A program made the position numbers and the translations under genes. This document shows, one piece after another, positions 7,357-16,841 of a DNA stretch of 39,326 nt. The number at the start of each line of letters is the position of its first letter. The first letter of the stretch is position 1. The notes beneath the pieces were generated by a model that saw only the letters and a program-made list of their open reading frames with translations, was not told the DNA's origin and searched no databases. The DNA comes from a virus (lineage: Duplodnaviria > Caudoviricetes), in the IMG/VR virus record IMGVR_UViG_3300009095_000033, positions 1 to 39,326 of that record. One strand, 5' to 3'.

Positions 7357-7868
7357 TGATCTGTGGGCTCGACCTGAGCCTGACCGCGAGCGCGATCGTC
7401 TGCGTGCCCACCGACTGGGATGGGGATTGGAAGCGGGTACGCTCCCATGTCGTCGGTCAATCTCTTCCGCGCTCTGCCAACGACCACGAGCGGGTACGTC
7501 GCTGCGAGAGCATCGCGAAAACACTGACCCAATACGCTCGCTCTCGAGGCGTTTCCGAGGCCTGGTTCGAGAGCTACGCCTACGGTCTTCGGACCAGCGC
7601 TCACAGCCTCGGGGAGCTCGGTGGCATCGTGCGTCTGGTGATGGATCAGTCAAACATCGCGCTGCGCACGGCCAACATGTCCACGGCGCGCAAGCTGCTG
7701 CTCGGCAAGGTTCCACGCAAAGACGCCAAGGGCGCGTGTCACGAGGCGCTGCTCGAGGCGGGGCGGCCTGCATGGTCGAAGGACGAGACCGATGCTTTCG
7801 TGGCGGCGAATCTGGGTCTGAGCGAGCACCCTGGCGCCTACTGCTTCGCTTCTGAGGCGCGGGCATGA
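7353..7868 (+). CDS. ruvC: RuvC-like Holliday junction resolvase
   Basis: ICGLDLSLTASA, WFES, LGELGGIVRL and DETDA supply the D/E/DxxD catalytic set. Confidence 0.85.
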   Translation: MMICGLDLSLTASAIVCVPTDWDGDWKRVRSHVVGQSLPRSANDHERVRRCESIAKTLTQYARSRGVSEAWFESYAYGLRTSAHSLGELGGIVRLVMDQSNIALRTANMSTARKLLLGKVPRKDAKGACHEALLEAGRPAWSKDETDAFVAANLGLSEHPGAYCFASEARA

Positions 7869-7940
7869 GCACCGATCCGATTCCCCGCTTCCCCCGAGAG
7901 CGGCTTTGCTGTACCTACGGTCAGCGGGAGATGATGAACC

Positions 7941-10046
7941 ATGGCGGATGAAGAGAGCGTTTTCGAGGCTGGACAAGAAGAGCCCACCGAGGGCCCTTTC
8001 AAGTACGAGGAAGAAGAGCTCAACCTCGTCTCGTCCTTCAAGGGCCATAGCGAGGGCCGCCGCGCGCTCAGCCGCATCGGCAACCACGTGCTCGACGTGT
8101 TCAAAGAGGCCTGGGACGCGAACGACAAGTACCGGGCGAACATGGCCGACACCTGGAAGCTGTTCGCGGGCACGCTCGACCCGAAGCCTCCCGACTTCGC
8201 TCACCTCTCCAACGCGCACGTCCCGATCCTGATGGAAGAGACGATCCGCATGGTCTCGCGCCAGGCCTACGAGCTCTTTGGCAACTGGTCGCGCGTGTTC
8301 GGCGTCGTTCCGCTCGGTCCCGACGACGACAAGACCGCGAAGCTACTGTCGCTCCACGGAAACTGGCAGATTCGGAAAAAGATCAAGGACTTCAAGCGCG
8401 AGGTCGGTCATCGCGGCCTGCTCATATTCAACCTGTTCGGCGACGTCACCTGTCACAGCTACTGGGACCCGCAGCGGCGCGCGAACCGCCACGAGATCCT
8501 GACCGCGGCCGAGTTCGTGTGCAGCAACTCCCACGTCTCGACCATGCCGGACTACTCCGATGTGTCTTGGGTGGCGAAGGTCATGCACATGGACGCGCAC
8601 GAGCTGCGCAAGATGGATACGCTCTGGGAAGGGGTCGCGACGACGCTGGAGCGGCTGCCGCCGGAGTGGGAAGACGGCGAGTACTCGCGTGAACTGCGTG
8701 ACGCCGTGGACAAGTCGACGGGGGTCGACTCGACGTCGTTCACCCGAGGCCAGTACCGCATCGTGCAGTGGGAGGGCTGGCTGAATCTGCCGGGCCAGGG
8801 CCGAGATCGCTACTGCAAAGTGATCGTCGACACGACGACCCGCGCGGTGCTGTCGCTAGGCATCCACGAGCGCGTGGACGCCTACGACAAGCGGAGGTTC
8901 GAGTTCGAGACCGAGCAGCTTCAGCGCTACCAGGCAGCCGTTGCAGAAATCATGGCGTTCGAAGAGGAGCTCGAGGCAACCAAGCTCGCCGCCATCGAAG
9001 CGGGCGCCGGCGGCAGCGCGCAGGACGCGACCGGGGCAATCCTCGCCGCCCGGAACCTGGACATGATGCCTCGCCCGCCCGAGCCGGTCATGCCGGACTG
9101 GATGGCGGGCAACCCGGAGGCCAAGCCCGCGCCGCCCCGCTCGGAACCGATCCGGATGTTCGTGCACGGGGTGAACATCGAGCCGCTTCAGGGCGTGATG
9201 GGCATCGGCACGGGAGCGATCCATGCCGCGCAGAACAAGGCGGCCAACATCGCGCTCAGCATGTTCATCGACCAGGGCATGCTCGGCAACATGAAGAACT
9301 TCCTCGCGAAGGCAGAGCTCCGCTTCCCCGAGAAGCTGAAGATGCAGCCGGGAAAGGTCCACAAGGTCACGGGCTCCACCAACCTCGCGCAGGACATCGT
9401 GCCTCTCGACTTCGGGCAAGCGAACCCGCAGCTTCTCCAGCTAATCGAGATGTTCGTGCGCTTCGGGCACTCGGTGAGCAACACGCCCGAGGTGCTGACG
9501 GGCGAGTCGGGCAAGAGCGGCGAGACCGCGCAGGGGCTCGCGAACCGCGTCGAGCAGGCGACGAAGGTGCTCACGGTGCCAACTGGCAAGTACGCGGATT
9601 TTTGCTCTTTCATCCTGGCCAACAACGCCGCGCTGAACGCCACGTTCCTGGAAGATGTCGAGTGGTTCAGCGTCAACAACCACGACCCGGAGATGGGCGA
9701 CATGGGCTACCAGTTCTACAGTGTGGGTCGCGAGATGTACGATCGCCCGTACGACGTCGAGATCACGGCCGACCTGAAGTTCACGAGCACGTCGCAGCGC
9801 ATCGCCGAGGCGGACGCGCTCGTTCAGATGCCTCAGGCCGTGCCGGAGCTGGCCGGGAACGGCGCGTTCAAGCATGCGGTCGTAAGCAAGAGCCTGGAGG
9901 CCCGCAACCGCCATGACCTGGTGGCCCTGCTCGGTGCGCCCCCGCCCCCGCCGCAGGTCTACGGAGCGCCCACGAGCCCGCCCGCGCCCCCACCGGGGCA
10001 GCCGCCACAGCCGCCACCGCAAGGCCAGGGAGGGCCGCAGCAATGA
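7941..10046 (+). CDS. portal protein
   Basis: 701 aa just after TerL/RuvC; podovirus-portal features (GIG..IH..QN.AN, TGESGKSGETA, Pro/Gln tail). Confidence 0.85.
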   Translation: MADEESVFEAGQEEPTEGPFKYEEEELNLVSSFKGHSEGRRALSRIGNHVLDVFKEAWDANDKYRANMADTWKLFAGTLDPKPPDFAHLSNAHVPILMEETIRMVSRQAYELFGNWSRVFGVVPLGPDDDKTAKLLSLHGNWQIRKKIKDFKREVGHRGLLIFNLFGDVTCHSYWDPQRRANRHEILTAAEFVCSNSHVSTMPDYSDVSWVAKVMHMDAHELRKMDTLWEGVATTLERLPPEWEDGEYSRELRDAVDKSTGVDSTSFTRGQYRIVQWEGWLNLPGQGRDRYCKVIVDTTTRAVLSLGIHERVDAYDKRRFEFETEQLQRYQAAVAEIMAFEEELEATKLAAIEAGAGGSAQDATGAILAARNLDMMPRPPEPVMPDWMAGNPEAKPAPPRSEPIRMFVHGVNIEPLQGVMGIGTGAIHAAQNKAANIALSMFIDQGMLGNMKNFLAKAELRFPEKLKMQPGKVHKVTGSTNLAQDIVPLDFGQANPQLLQLIEMFVRFGHSVSNTPEVLTGESGKSGETAQGLANRVEQATKVLTVPTGKYADFCSFILANNAALNATFLEDVEWFSVNNHDPEMGDMGYQFYSVGREMYDRPYDVEITADLKFTSTSQRIAEADALVQMPQAVPELAGNGAFKHAVVSKSLEARNRHDLVALLGAPPPPPQVYGAPTSPPAPPPGQPPQPPPQGQGGPQQ

Positions 10047-10273
10047 GCCAGATGGTCAACGCCGAGGTGTTCCGGGAGCACCTGCTGAAGATGCGCCGTG
10101 AAACACGCGAGATCGAGCATCAGCTGGTCATGACGCTCAAGGAGCCATCCGACCTGATGCGGCTGAGCAACGCCGCGCACCAGGCCGAGCTACTCTCTCG
10201 CCTCATCTCCGATCTGGATCAGCTGGAGAAGGACGAGGCGAAGTTCATCGAAACGTTTCTGAAGGAGGATTGA
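10043..10273 (+). CDS. small helical hypothetical protein
   Basis: ATGA-coupled to the portal gene. Confidence 0.75.
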   Translation: MSQMVNAEVFREHLLKMRRETREIEHQLVMTLKEPSDLMRLSNAAHQAELLSRLISDLDQLEKDEAKFIETFLKED

Positions 10274-10277
10274 GAGC

Positions 10278-10961
10278 ATGAGTTTATCGAGAGGCGGCGA
10301 TTATCGGGACAGCAAACCGATCTACAGCTTTCCGGAGCCAACGAAGACGACGGCCTGGAAAGAGGAAGAGCGCGCGGGTCACACCGTGCAACTCGTGGAT
10401 TACGAACTGGAGGCAGCGAAGCGCAGGACGGAGGAGATCAAAAAGCTGATGTCTCCGCCGGGCGAGCTCGGTCTTCCCCCGCTCTTGGAAGCGGCGCGCC
10501 TGAAATGGGGCATCCCCGACGCTGCGTTCGACTGCGAAGCGGTGTTCGACCGCATCCACATCTTCCCGATCGACTTCGAGGGGCAGAAGGAGACCTACGG
10601 CAACTCACTGATCCATCGTCCCGACGTGATGAAGCAGCGGGACCTCCAGAACGGTCACCGAGGCATCCTGATCTCCATGGGGCTCACGGCGGCCGATCAC
10701 TGCGTGAGCCACGGCATCGAGCTCGGGCACATCGTGCGCACGATCCGCAACGCGCCTCACGCGCAGGAGTTCGCGCGCGTCCTCGGCAAGCCGATGCATT
10801 ACCTGATCATGCGCGACGGCGACCTGACGGGCAGCGAGACGCTTAAGGAAGACCTGCGCGCTGGGCGCGCGAGCATCGTGGACGACGGCGGCGAGCACGC
10901 CTACTGCCACAACCTCGACGGCAAGAAGAAGAAGAGCGCGCTGATCCGCGACCAGTGGTAG
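10278..10961 (+). CDS. GroES/Cpn10-like co-chaperonin with N-terminal extension
   Basis: AVFDRIHI...HRGILISMG...IELGHIV...YLIMRDGDL parallels GroES PLHDRVIV...RGEVLAVG...VKVGDIV...VLIMSESDI. Confidence 0.7.
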   Translation: MSLSRGGDYRDSKPIYSFPEPTKTTAWKEEERAGHTVQLVDYELEAAKRRTEEIKKLMSPPGELGLPPLLEAARLKWGIPDAAFDCEAVFDRIHIFPIDFEGQKETYGNSLIHRPDVMKQRDLQNGHRGILISMGLTAADHCVSHGIELGHIVRTIRNAPHAQEFARVLGKPMHYLIMRDGDLTGSETLKEDLRAGRASIVDDGGEHAYCHNLDGKKKKSALIRDQW

Positions 10962-10963
10962 CC

Positions 10964-11386
10964 ATGAAGCCTTGCCTATTGTGGACTGGATACCGAAGCC
11001 CTGACGGGTATGGGTGGAGAAGGATCAAGATGGACGGAAAGTGGCGCAATATAGGTGTGCATCGCCTGGCTTGCATCGAGGCGCACGGGCCACCGCCGTT
11101 CCCTAAAGCCGAGGCTATGCACAGATGCGACGTGCCCAATTGCTATGAGCCGACCCATTTGCGTTGGGGGTCAAGGCACGACAACATGGGGGACGCGGCC
11201 AAAAAAGGACGCATACCGAGGGGCGTGAAGAACTGGCGCGCGACGATGACAGAAGAGGATGTCCGGTTTATCCGCTCCACATGCGCGATGGGCATCCCAA
11301 AGACCGATCTGGCCCAACAGTATGGCGTCAGCGCCACCCAGATCCACAGAATCTGCAACCGTGAGCAATGGGCTCACGTTCCATAA
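10964..11386 (+). CDS. HNH homing endonuclease with C-terminal HTH
   Basis: CLLWTG..GYG, HRLA, HRCDVPNCYEPTHL, DN, then LAQQYGVSATQIHRI; visibly lower GC than neighbours. Confidence 0.9.
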   Translation: MKPCLLWTGYRSPDGYGWRRIKMDGKWRNIGVHRLACIEAHGPPPFPKAEAMHRCDVPNCYEPTHLRWGSRHDNMGDAAKKGRIPRGVKNWRATMTEEDVRFIRSTCAMGIPKTDLAQQYGVSATQIHRICNREQWAHVP

Positions 11387-11400
11387 CTGGTGAGGGAGCT

Positions 11401-12291
11401 ATGAGCGAAAACTACGTAACCCAGGATCCGAGCCACGTCCCGTTCAGCGACGACGAGGAGGTTCGAGACGACGAGCTGATCACCGACGGCGCGGCGCTGG
11501 CTTCCCCCGAGGAGCAGAAGGCCCGCGCCGAGCGTCGCAAGGAGCGCGCGGCAGAGCGCGAGCGAGAGCGCAAGGAGCTCGCCGAGAAGGTGAAGGCCTT
11601 CGAGGAGCGGGACGCCAAGCGCGACCGAGAGCTCGCGGAGCTACGCGGAGAGCTCCATGCGGTGCGTCAGCAGAGCGCCCCGAGCGGAAACCGTGACCCG
11701 TACGCGCAGCGCCTCGACATGGTCTACCGGCGTCAGCAAGACGCCTACAAGGCGATGCAGGCTGAGGCGAAGGGCGGGGCGCTGGACGAGGAGCGGACGG
11801 CCTACTACGAGGGAATCGCTCGCGAGCTCGAGCAGGAGAAGGCCCAGATCGCGGCCGAGCGAGTGCTAGCTCGGCACGCACCGGCGCAGGAACAACGCGC
11901 GGCGCAACAGCGCTGGCGAGACAAGTACCCGGAAATCTACGCGAACCCTCGCGCGTATCAGTTCGCTTCGGCGAGCTACGAACGGCGCAAGGCGCTGCTC
12001 GAGCCTGGGCAGGAGCCAACGAGCGAGATGGTCGACGAGGCCATGGAGGAAGCGCGCACCCAGTTCCGGCTGGGGGTGAAGCGTTCGGCGCCGTCGGCGA
12101 GCGACCGTCAGCGGCTGAGCGGCATGCCGTCGAGTGGTAGCGGCGGGGGGCCATCCGGCGCGGGCGTCACGATGACGCCGGAGCTCAGGAAGATGGCTCT
12201 GGCGTTGCACAGTGATTTACCCGAGGAAGAGGCGGTGAAACGCTGGGCAAACACGGCTGGTCGGGCCTTGAGAGAAAAAAAGGTCCTCTGA
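11401..12291 (+). CDS. putative capsid scaffolding protein
   Basis: GGGAG RBS; acidic N-terminus, coiled coil, and C-terminal MTPELRKMALAL; lies between portal and capsid. Confidence 0.7.
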   Translation: MSENYVTQDPSHVPFSDDEEVRDDELITDGAALASPEEQKARAERRKERAAERERERKELAEKVKAFEERDAKRDRELAELRGELHAVRQQSAPSGNRDPYAQRLDMVYRRQQDAYKAMQAEAKGGALDEERTAYYEGIARELEQEKAQIAAERVLARHAPAQEQRAAQQRWRDKYPEIYANPRAYQFASASYERRKALLEPGQEPTSEMVDEAMEEARTQFRLGVKRSAPSASDRQRLSGMPSSGSGGGPSGAGVTMTPELRKMALALHSDLPEEEAVKRWANTAGRALREKKVL

Positions 12292-12293
12292 CC

Positions 12294-12392
12294 TTGACTT
12301 TTGTGCCAAGGCGCCGGCACATTAGGTGAGTCGGCGCCTTGCTCCCGCCCGAGCTTGGCCGTCTGTCTTCCCGGGCATGACGGCAGGCTTTT
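12294..12392 (+). promoter_or_regulatory. structured intergenic region: TTGACT box, inverted repeats, hairpin followed by TTTT
   Basis: CAAGGCGCCG(12307-12316)/CGGCGCCTTG(12332-12341); GCCGTC...GACGGC-AGGC-TTTT. Confidence 0.5.
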
Positions 12393-12854
12393 GTGCATCC
12401 TAGCAAACCGGTCAAGCGCAGCGACCCTGACCCGCGCCCTGTAGAGGGCGCCATGAACCGCGTAGCCGTGGCGGGCAAGGACCCCACGAAGCACTACGTC
12501 TGGGTGAGTGAGGTCAACGACCCCACGATGAACCCGGGCTCGTACCTGTCTCAGGGGTACCGGTTCACGCAGCACGACCCGGACGGGGCGAACCCGGTGC
12601 TGGGCTACAACCCGGAGCTCAAGCAGGGCGATCACCTCAAGAGCTTCGGCTGCGTGCTCATGGAGATCGACGCCGAGCTCAAGGCTGAGATGGAAGCGCG
12701 GGGGCAGGCCTGGGCGGACAAGATCCAGGCGGCGATCAAGACCCGCGACGTCATGGACGAGACCGAGCCGATGAGCAAGATCGACCGGGCGCGAATGGGC
12801 GGGATCACGAGCCGCCGGTATGGCGGCGACAACCGCGAGGCGTGGGGCTTCTGA
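12393..12854 (+). CDS. head-region hypothetical protein
   Basis: ORF between the scaffold and capsid genes; start uncertain. Confidence 0.7.
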   Translation: MHPSKPVKRSDPDPRPVEGAMNRVAVAGKDPTKHYVWVSEVNDPTMNPGSYLSQGYRFTQHDPDGANPVLGYNPELKQGDHLKSFGCVLMEIDAELKAEMEARGQAWADKIQAAIKTRDVMDETEPMSKIDRARMGGITSRRYGGDNREAWGF

Positions 12855-12862
12855 GGTAGACC

Positions 12863-13573
12863 ATGGCGAACACTCATCAGTACGGGTTCCGCTTCGTGCG
12901 GAGCTTTGACGGCGTCGAGACGCCGCAGACGATCACCAAGCCGATCGCTTCGGGCTACCCTCCGAACACGGGCGCGGACGGCGCTGGCGGCACGGCTTGC
13001 AACCTGAACATCGGCGACCCCGTTCAGCTCCTGAACGATGGGACCGTGCGGCTCGTGCAGCCGGGTCAGAAGGAAGACGGCACCGACATCGACGATCGAA
13101 CCTTCGGGATCGTGGCCGGGTTCCCTCGAGTGATGATCGGCGGGGCGCCGCGCCCGAACGGCCACTACCCGAGCGGGACGACCTACACCGGGGACGACCA
13201 GCAGACGCTCTGTAAGATCATCCCGGTGCACGGAAACATCTTCGAGATCGACTGCGACGCGACGGGCCAGCCAACGACCAAGGCCGCTTGGCAGTCGCTA
13301 GTGGGAACGGCGAACTTCATCTACTCGGTGCTGACGAGCGGGATCGGGCAGCCGAAGGCCAACCCGCTGCTCGACATCAGCGACCACAACGAGACCACGG
13401 AGCTCAACCAGCTTCGGGTGGTTGGGCTTTCGAAGCGGTTCGATGCCCAGGACCCGACGGCAGAGTTCGTGACGGTCGAAGTGGTCTTCAACCAGCAGCA
13501 GCTACTGCCGGGCGCGATCTCCAACAACACCCTGACGCTCCAGCCTGCCGCGGGCGGCCTGGAAGCCTCCTGA
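12863..13573 (+). CDS. putative capsid decoration / minor capsid protein
   Basis: GAGG RBS; MAN...GFRFV and NIGDPVQL beta-rich protein directly upstream of the major capsid gene. Confidence 0.6.
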   Translation: MANTHQYGFRFVRSFDGVETPQTITKPIASGYPPNTGADGAGGTACNLNIGDPVQLLNDGTVRLVQPGQKEDGTDIDDRTFGIVAGFPRVMIGGAPRPNGHYPSGTTYTGDDQQTLCKIIPVHGNIFEIDCDATGQPTTKAAWQSLVGTANFIYSVLTSGIGQPKANPLLDISDHNETTELNQLRVVGLSKRFDAQDPTAEFVTVEVVFNQQQLLPGAISNNTLTLQPAAGGLEAS

Positions 13574-13582
13574 GGCACACAA

Positions 13583-14491
13583 ATGAGCGAAGTTTTCACG
13601 AGCACCGCGGCGCTGGCTCTCAAGGAGACGCTGGAGCGCATCGACACCGACGTCCACGGCTCCGAGGGCAGCAAGGCGGTCTTCCCGCGCTACCTCACCG
13701 TCCGGACGATGTCGGACAACTACATCGAGGACCAAGAGATCGCCGGCACGGGGCTCGCGGGCGAGAAGCCCGAGGGCGAGGACCTGCCGCTCGGCGGGAT
13801 CGTCGAGGGCCCGCTCACGCGCTACAACTCGCGCACGTACGGCCAGCGCATCATCGTCTCGGAAGAGGCGATGGAGGACATGAAGTACGACAAGGTCATC
13901 ATGGCGGCCAAGCGGAACAACCGCTCGCTGTGGAAGCTGGCCGACTTCGACGCCGTCCTGATCTTGGTCCGGGCCGCGAACGCTTCGTTCGTCGGGGGCG
14001 ACGGCAAGCCGCTCGCGAGCAAGACGCACGCTCTGCCCGGTGGCGGCACCTACTCCAACATGATGGAGACGGCAATGTCGCCGAGCAAGGCGGCGATGTA
14101 CATCGCGCGCGCCCAGCTCCGGCAGCAGGTAGGCCACGATGGCCTGATCGACGGCTTCGACATCACCGACGTGGTCTTCCCGGTGCAGCAAGAGGGCGTG
14201 TGGGACGAGGTCCTGGACAGCGCGAAGGACCCGACCCCGGGCGCCTTCAACGCGGTCAACTCGATCCACAAGGAGAAGATCAACAAGGTTCCGGTCAAGT
14301 ACTGGAACAACACGACGACCAACTGGCTGCTCAGGACGGACGCCGAGAACGGCCTGTCTTGGTTCTGGCGGCGCAAGCCGCGCAGCAACACGTGGGTCAC
14401 CGAGAGCAAGACCATGATGAACTACGGCATCACGGCTCGGTGGGCGCGGGGCTGGACCAACCCTCGAGCGGTTCACTTCTCTGACGCTTGA
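13583..14491 (+). CDS. major capsid protein
   Basis: 302 aa with EKPEGE, YG..I.VSEEAMED, GGDGKPL.SKTH.L.GGG..SN and RWARGW.NPR, typical of HK97-fold podovirus capsids. Confidence 0.9.
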   Translation: MSEVFTSTAALALKETLERIDTDVHGSEGSKAVFPRYLTVRTMSDNYIEDQEIAGTGLAGEKPEGEDLPLGGIVEGPLTRYNSRTYGQRIIVSEEAMEDMKYDKVIMAAKRNNRSLWKLADFDAVLILVRAANASFVGGDGKPLASKTHALPGGGTYSNMMETAMSPSKAAMYIARAQLRQQVGHDGLIDGFDITDVVFPVQQEGVWDEVLDSAKDPTPGAFNAVNSIHKEKINKVPVKYWNNTTTNWLLRTDAENGLSWFWRRKPRSNTWVTESKTMMNYGITARWARGWTNPRAVHFSDA

Positions 14492-14517
14492 TCCGTTGAC
14501 GCGGGGAATGAAGGCAG

Positions 14518-14697
14518 ATGGAATGGCAGAAAATGCTCGAAGGAATCCTTGGCAGCTCACCGGTGGCGGGGGTTCTGGGCTTCGTCGCGTGGAAGCTGTG
14601 GACGAAGACCGAGAAGAAGGACGAGGAGATCGCGAGGCTGAACGAGATGCACTCGAAGACACTCATCGCCATCTCGAAACTCTCGGACGAACGCTGA
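14518..14697 (+). CDS. small membrane protein, putative holin
   Basis: MEWQKMLEGILGSSPVAGVLGFVAWKLWTKTEKKDEEIARLNEMHSKTLIAISKLSDER: one TM helix plus coiled coil; 59 aa, absent from the ORF track. Confidence 0.6.
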   Translation: MEWQKMLEGILGSSPVAGVLGFVAWKLWTKTEKKDEEIARLNEMHSKTLIAISKLSDER

Positions 14698-14782
14698 GCA
14701 TTGCCCCGCGCTCGGTGCGCGCCGCGCGGGCGCGGGCCTTCCTGGATGAATTGAACGCCGCAGTGCGGCAAAGGGCAAAGTG

Positions 14783-15781
14783 ATGTCGACTGTTCAGAAT
14801 GCGTTTGGCGCGGCGCTCGGGGCGCCCATGTCGGCGATGGCCCTGAGCGCGATCAACCTGCCCTTTGGGCAGTTCATCAAGCCGGGCGGGCGCGTGGCGG
14901 CGTACGTACGGAGCACGGGCGCCCAGGACCTGGACGACCTGCACGTGCGGGACAACCTGGTCGCGACGATCGACGCGGGCCTGAAGCGCTGCCGCTCGGG
15001 CCACAACGACGTCGTGCTGGTTCTGCCGGGGCACACCGAGAGCGTCTCGGGCGCCGATGGCTGGCCGAGCCTGGTGGCTGGGTCTCAGATCGTGAGCTGC
15101 GGGCGCCCTGGGGCGTCGAACAACCCGACGGTCACGTTCGACACGGCGGCGACGGCTCAGCTGGCGATCGATGTCGCTGACGTGAGCATCGTCGGGATGA
15201 CCTTCGACTTCACGGGGCTCGACAACATCACGAACCCGATCCTGGTGACGGCGCGCGGCTTCTCGTTCGTTGGCAACCACGTGGTCTACCAGAGCGCGAC
15301 CGCCTCGGCGCAGCCGGTGGACGGCATCGTGCTCGGGGCCGGCGCTCACAACTGCGTCATCTCGGGCAACAAGTTCCTGTCGGACGACGCGGGCGAGGCG
15401 AACGCGGGCTCGGTCATTCTGATCGGGGCGAGCGCGGCGCTGGCGCTGAAGGACGTCGAGGTGTCGCACAACTACATCATCGGCGCGATCACCGAGGCGG
15501 CGACCGACGCGCTGATCATGGTGGCCACGACTGGATCGGCCATCTCGATCAAGGACAACGACCTTTACGTGCTGAGCGCGACCGGCGACTGCGCGGTGCG
15601 GGCGGCGGCCGTGGCCGCGAGCGGGGTCATCGCCCGCAACAAGATCCGGCTGACCGAGGACGTCGCCGCGAACACGGTGGGCGTCATCATGGGGGCCGGT
15701 GGCGCGTGGTTGTTATACGAGAACGGCGTCGCTGGCGCGAACGCGAGCGTGATCACGCCGACCCCGGCCGCGGACAGCTGA
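14783..15781 (+). CDS. right-handed beta-helix (pectin-lyase-like) virion protein
   Basis: DVVLVLPGHTE, repeating I.GN.F / V.HNYI / I.DN rungs. Confidence 0.7.
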   Translation: MSTVQNAFGAALGAPMSAMALSAINLPFGQFIKPGGRVAAYVRSTGAQDLDDLHVRDNLVATIDAGLKRCRSGHNDVVLVLPGHTESVSGADGWPSLVAGSQIVSCGRPGASNNPTVTFDTAATAQLAIDVADVSIVGMTFDFTGLDNITNPILVTARGFSFVGNHVVYQSATASAQPVDGIVLGAGAHNCVISGNKFLSDDAGEANAGSVILIGASAALALKDVEVSHNYIIGAITEAATDALIMVATTGSAISIKDNDLYVLSATGDCAVRAAAVAASGVIARNKIRLTEDVAANTVGVIMGAGGAWLLYENGVAGANASVITPTPAADS

Positions 15782-16122
15782 TGAGGACCATCCCGCGCAG
15801 CATCGACCGCAAAGGCGAGCACCTGTCCAGGTGCGACGTGTGCGGCTGCATGTGGTTGAGGAGTTCCCTCATGCGCGGGCAAGACGGGCTGCTTCGTTGC
15901 CCCCAAGACAAAGACGGGCGCGACGAGGTGACGCTTGCCGCTCTGACGGCGTCCCGGGCTGCCGACCTCTCGCGGCGGTTCGGGGCGTCGACTGCGGCCG
16001 ACGGGGCCTACCCCCACACCAACGCTGACGGCACGCCGGTCACGGATGGCGGCTACACGGGGCCGGTGAGCCGTCGCACTGCCGAAGACGTCTACCAGGA
16101 CGGCGTTCCCACGGGGTTCTGA
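15781..16122 (+). CDS. Zn-ribbon-like head-tail region protein
   Basis: ATG at 15781 (TGATG overlap); CDVCG...GLLRCPQD. Confidence 0.65.
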   Translation: MRTIPRSIDRKGEHLSRCDVCGCMWLRSSLMRGQDGLLRCPQDKDGRDEVTLAALTASRAADLSRRFGASTAADGAYPHTNADGTPVTDGGYTGPVSRRTAEDVYQDGVPTGF

Positions 16123-16841
16123 TGGCTGTCAGCGCAGCGGTCAGCATCAACGAGCTGGTCCTGCTGGCGCTCAAGCGCGCGGGGCTGGTGCCGGTGCAGG
16201 CGCGCCTGAGCGGCGCCAACCTGGTCCCGTACCTCGAGCACGGTCGGCGGCTGCTCGACCTGATCGTCGATGGCCTGGCGACGAAGGGGTTCTTCGCGCG
16301 CAGCATGGCGTTCCACGACCTGACGATCGTGGCGGACACGAGTGAGTACGCGCTGCCGGAGACGGTGCTGGACGTGCACGAGGATGCGATGTTCATCCCC
16401 TCGTTCAACGGCGACACCGAGCACACGCAGGGCGAGACGCCGATCAAGCAGATCGACCTGTCGACCTGGCAGACCCTGCCGAACAAGGGCAGTGAGTCGT
16501 CGCGGCCGCAGCTGTACGCGGCGTTCCGAGACGAGGCGACGGTCACGGTGCGCTTCTGGCCCGTCCCGAGCGAGGCCGGCACGGTGCGGCTCAAGACGGT
16601 GCGGCTGTTGGACGGCAACGCCACCGGAACCGATTCCGTCGACCTTCAACGCTACTGGAGCGACGCGCTGGTCTGGTGCCTTGCCTACTACTTTGCGGTG
16701 GACGGCTCGATGCCGGTCGAGAAGGTCTCGCTTCTGCTGAGCGTGAGCGAGACGAAGAAGGCCGAGTGCGTCTCGTACGCCTTCGAGCACACGAACCAGG
16801 TGGCGACGGTTCACTACCCCACGCAGTGGAGCCAAGGATGA
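16122..16841 (+). CDS. head-tail adaptor / tail tubular A-like protein
   Basis: INELVLLALKRAG, EYALPETVLDV, RPQLY, FWPVP, WSDALVWCLAY; gene order fits. Confidence 0.7.
   Translation: MAVSAAVSINELVLLALKRAGLVPVQARLSGANLVPYLEHGRRLLDLIVDGLATKGFFARSMAFHDLTIVADTSEYALPETVLDVHEDAMFIPSFNGDTEHTQGETPIKQIDLSTWQTLPNKGSESSRPQLYAAFRDEATVTVRFWPVPSEAGTVRLKTVRLLDGNATGTDSVDLQRYWSDALVWCLAYYFAVDGSMPVEKVSLLLSVSETKKAECVSYAFEHTNQVATVHYPTQWSQG

Noticed and set aside
14496-14783. 95-aa ORF after the capsid gene
   Set aside because: The overlapping 59-aa TM ORF at 14518-14697 has better codon usage and a more plausible protein
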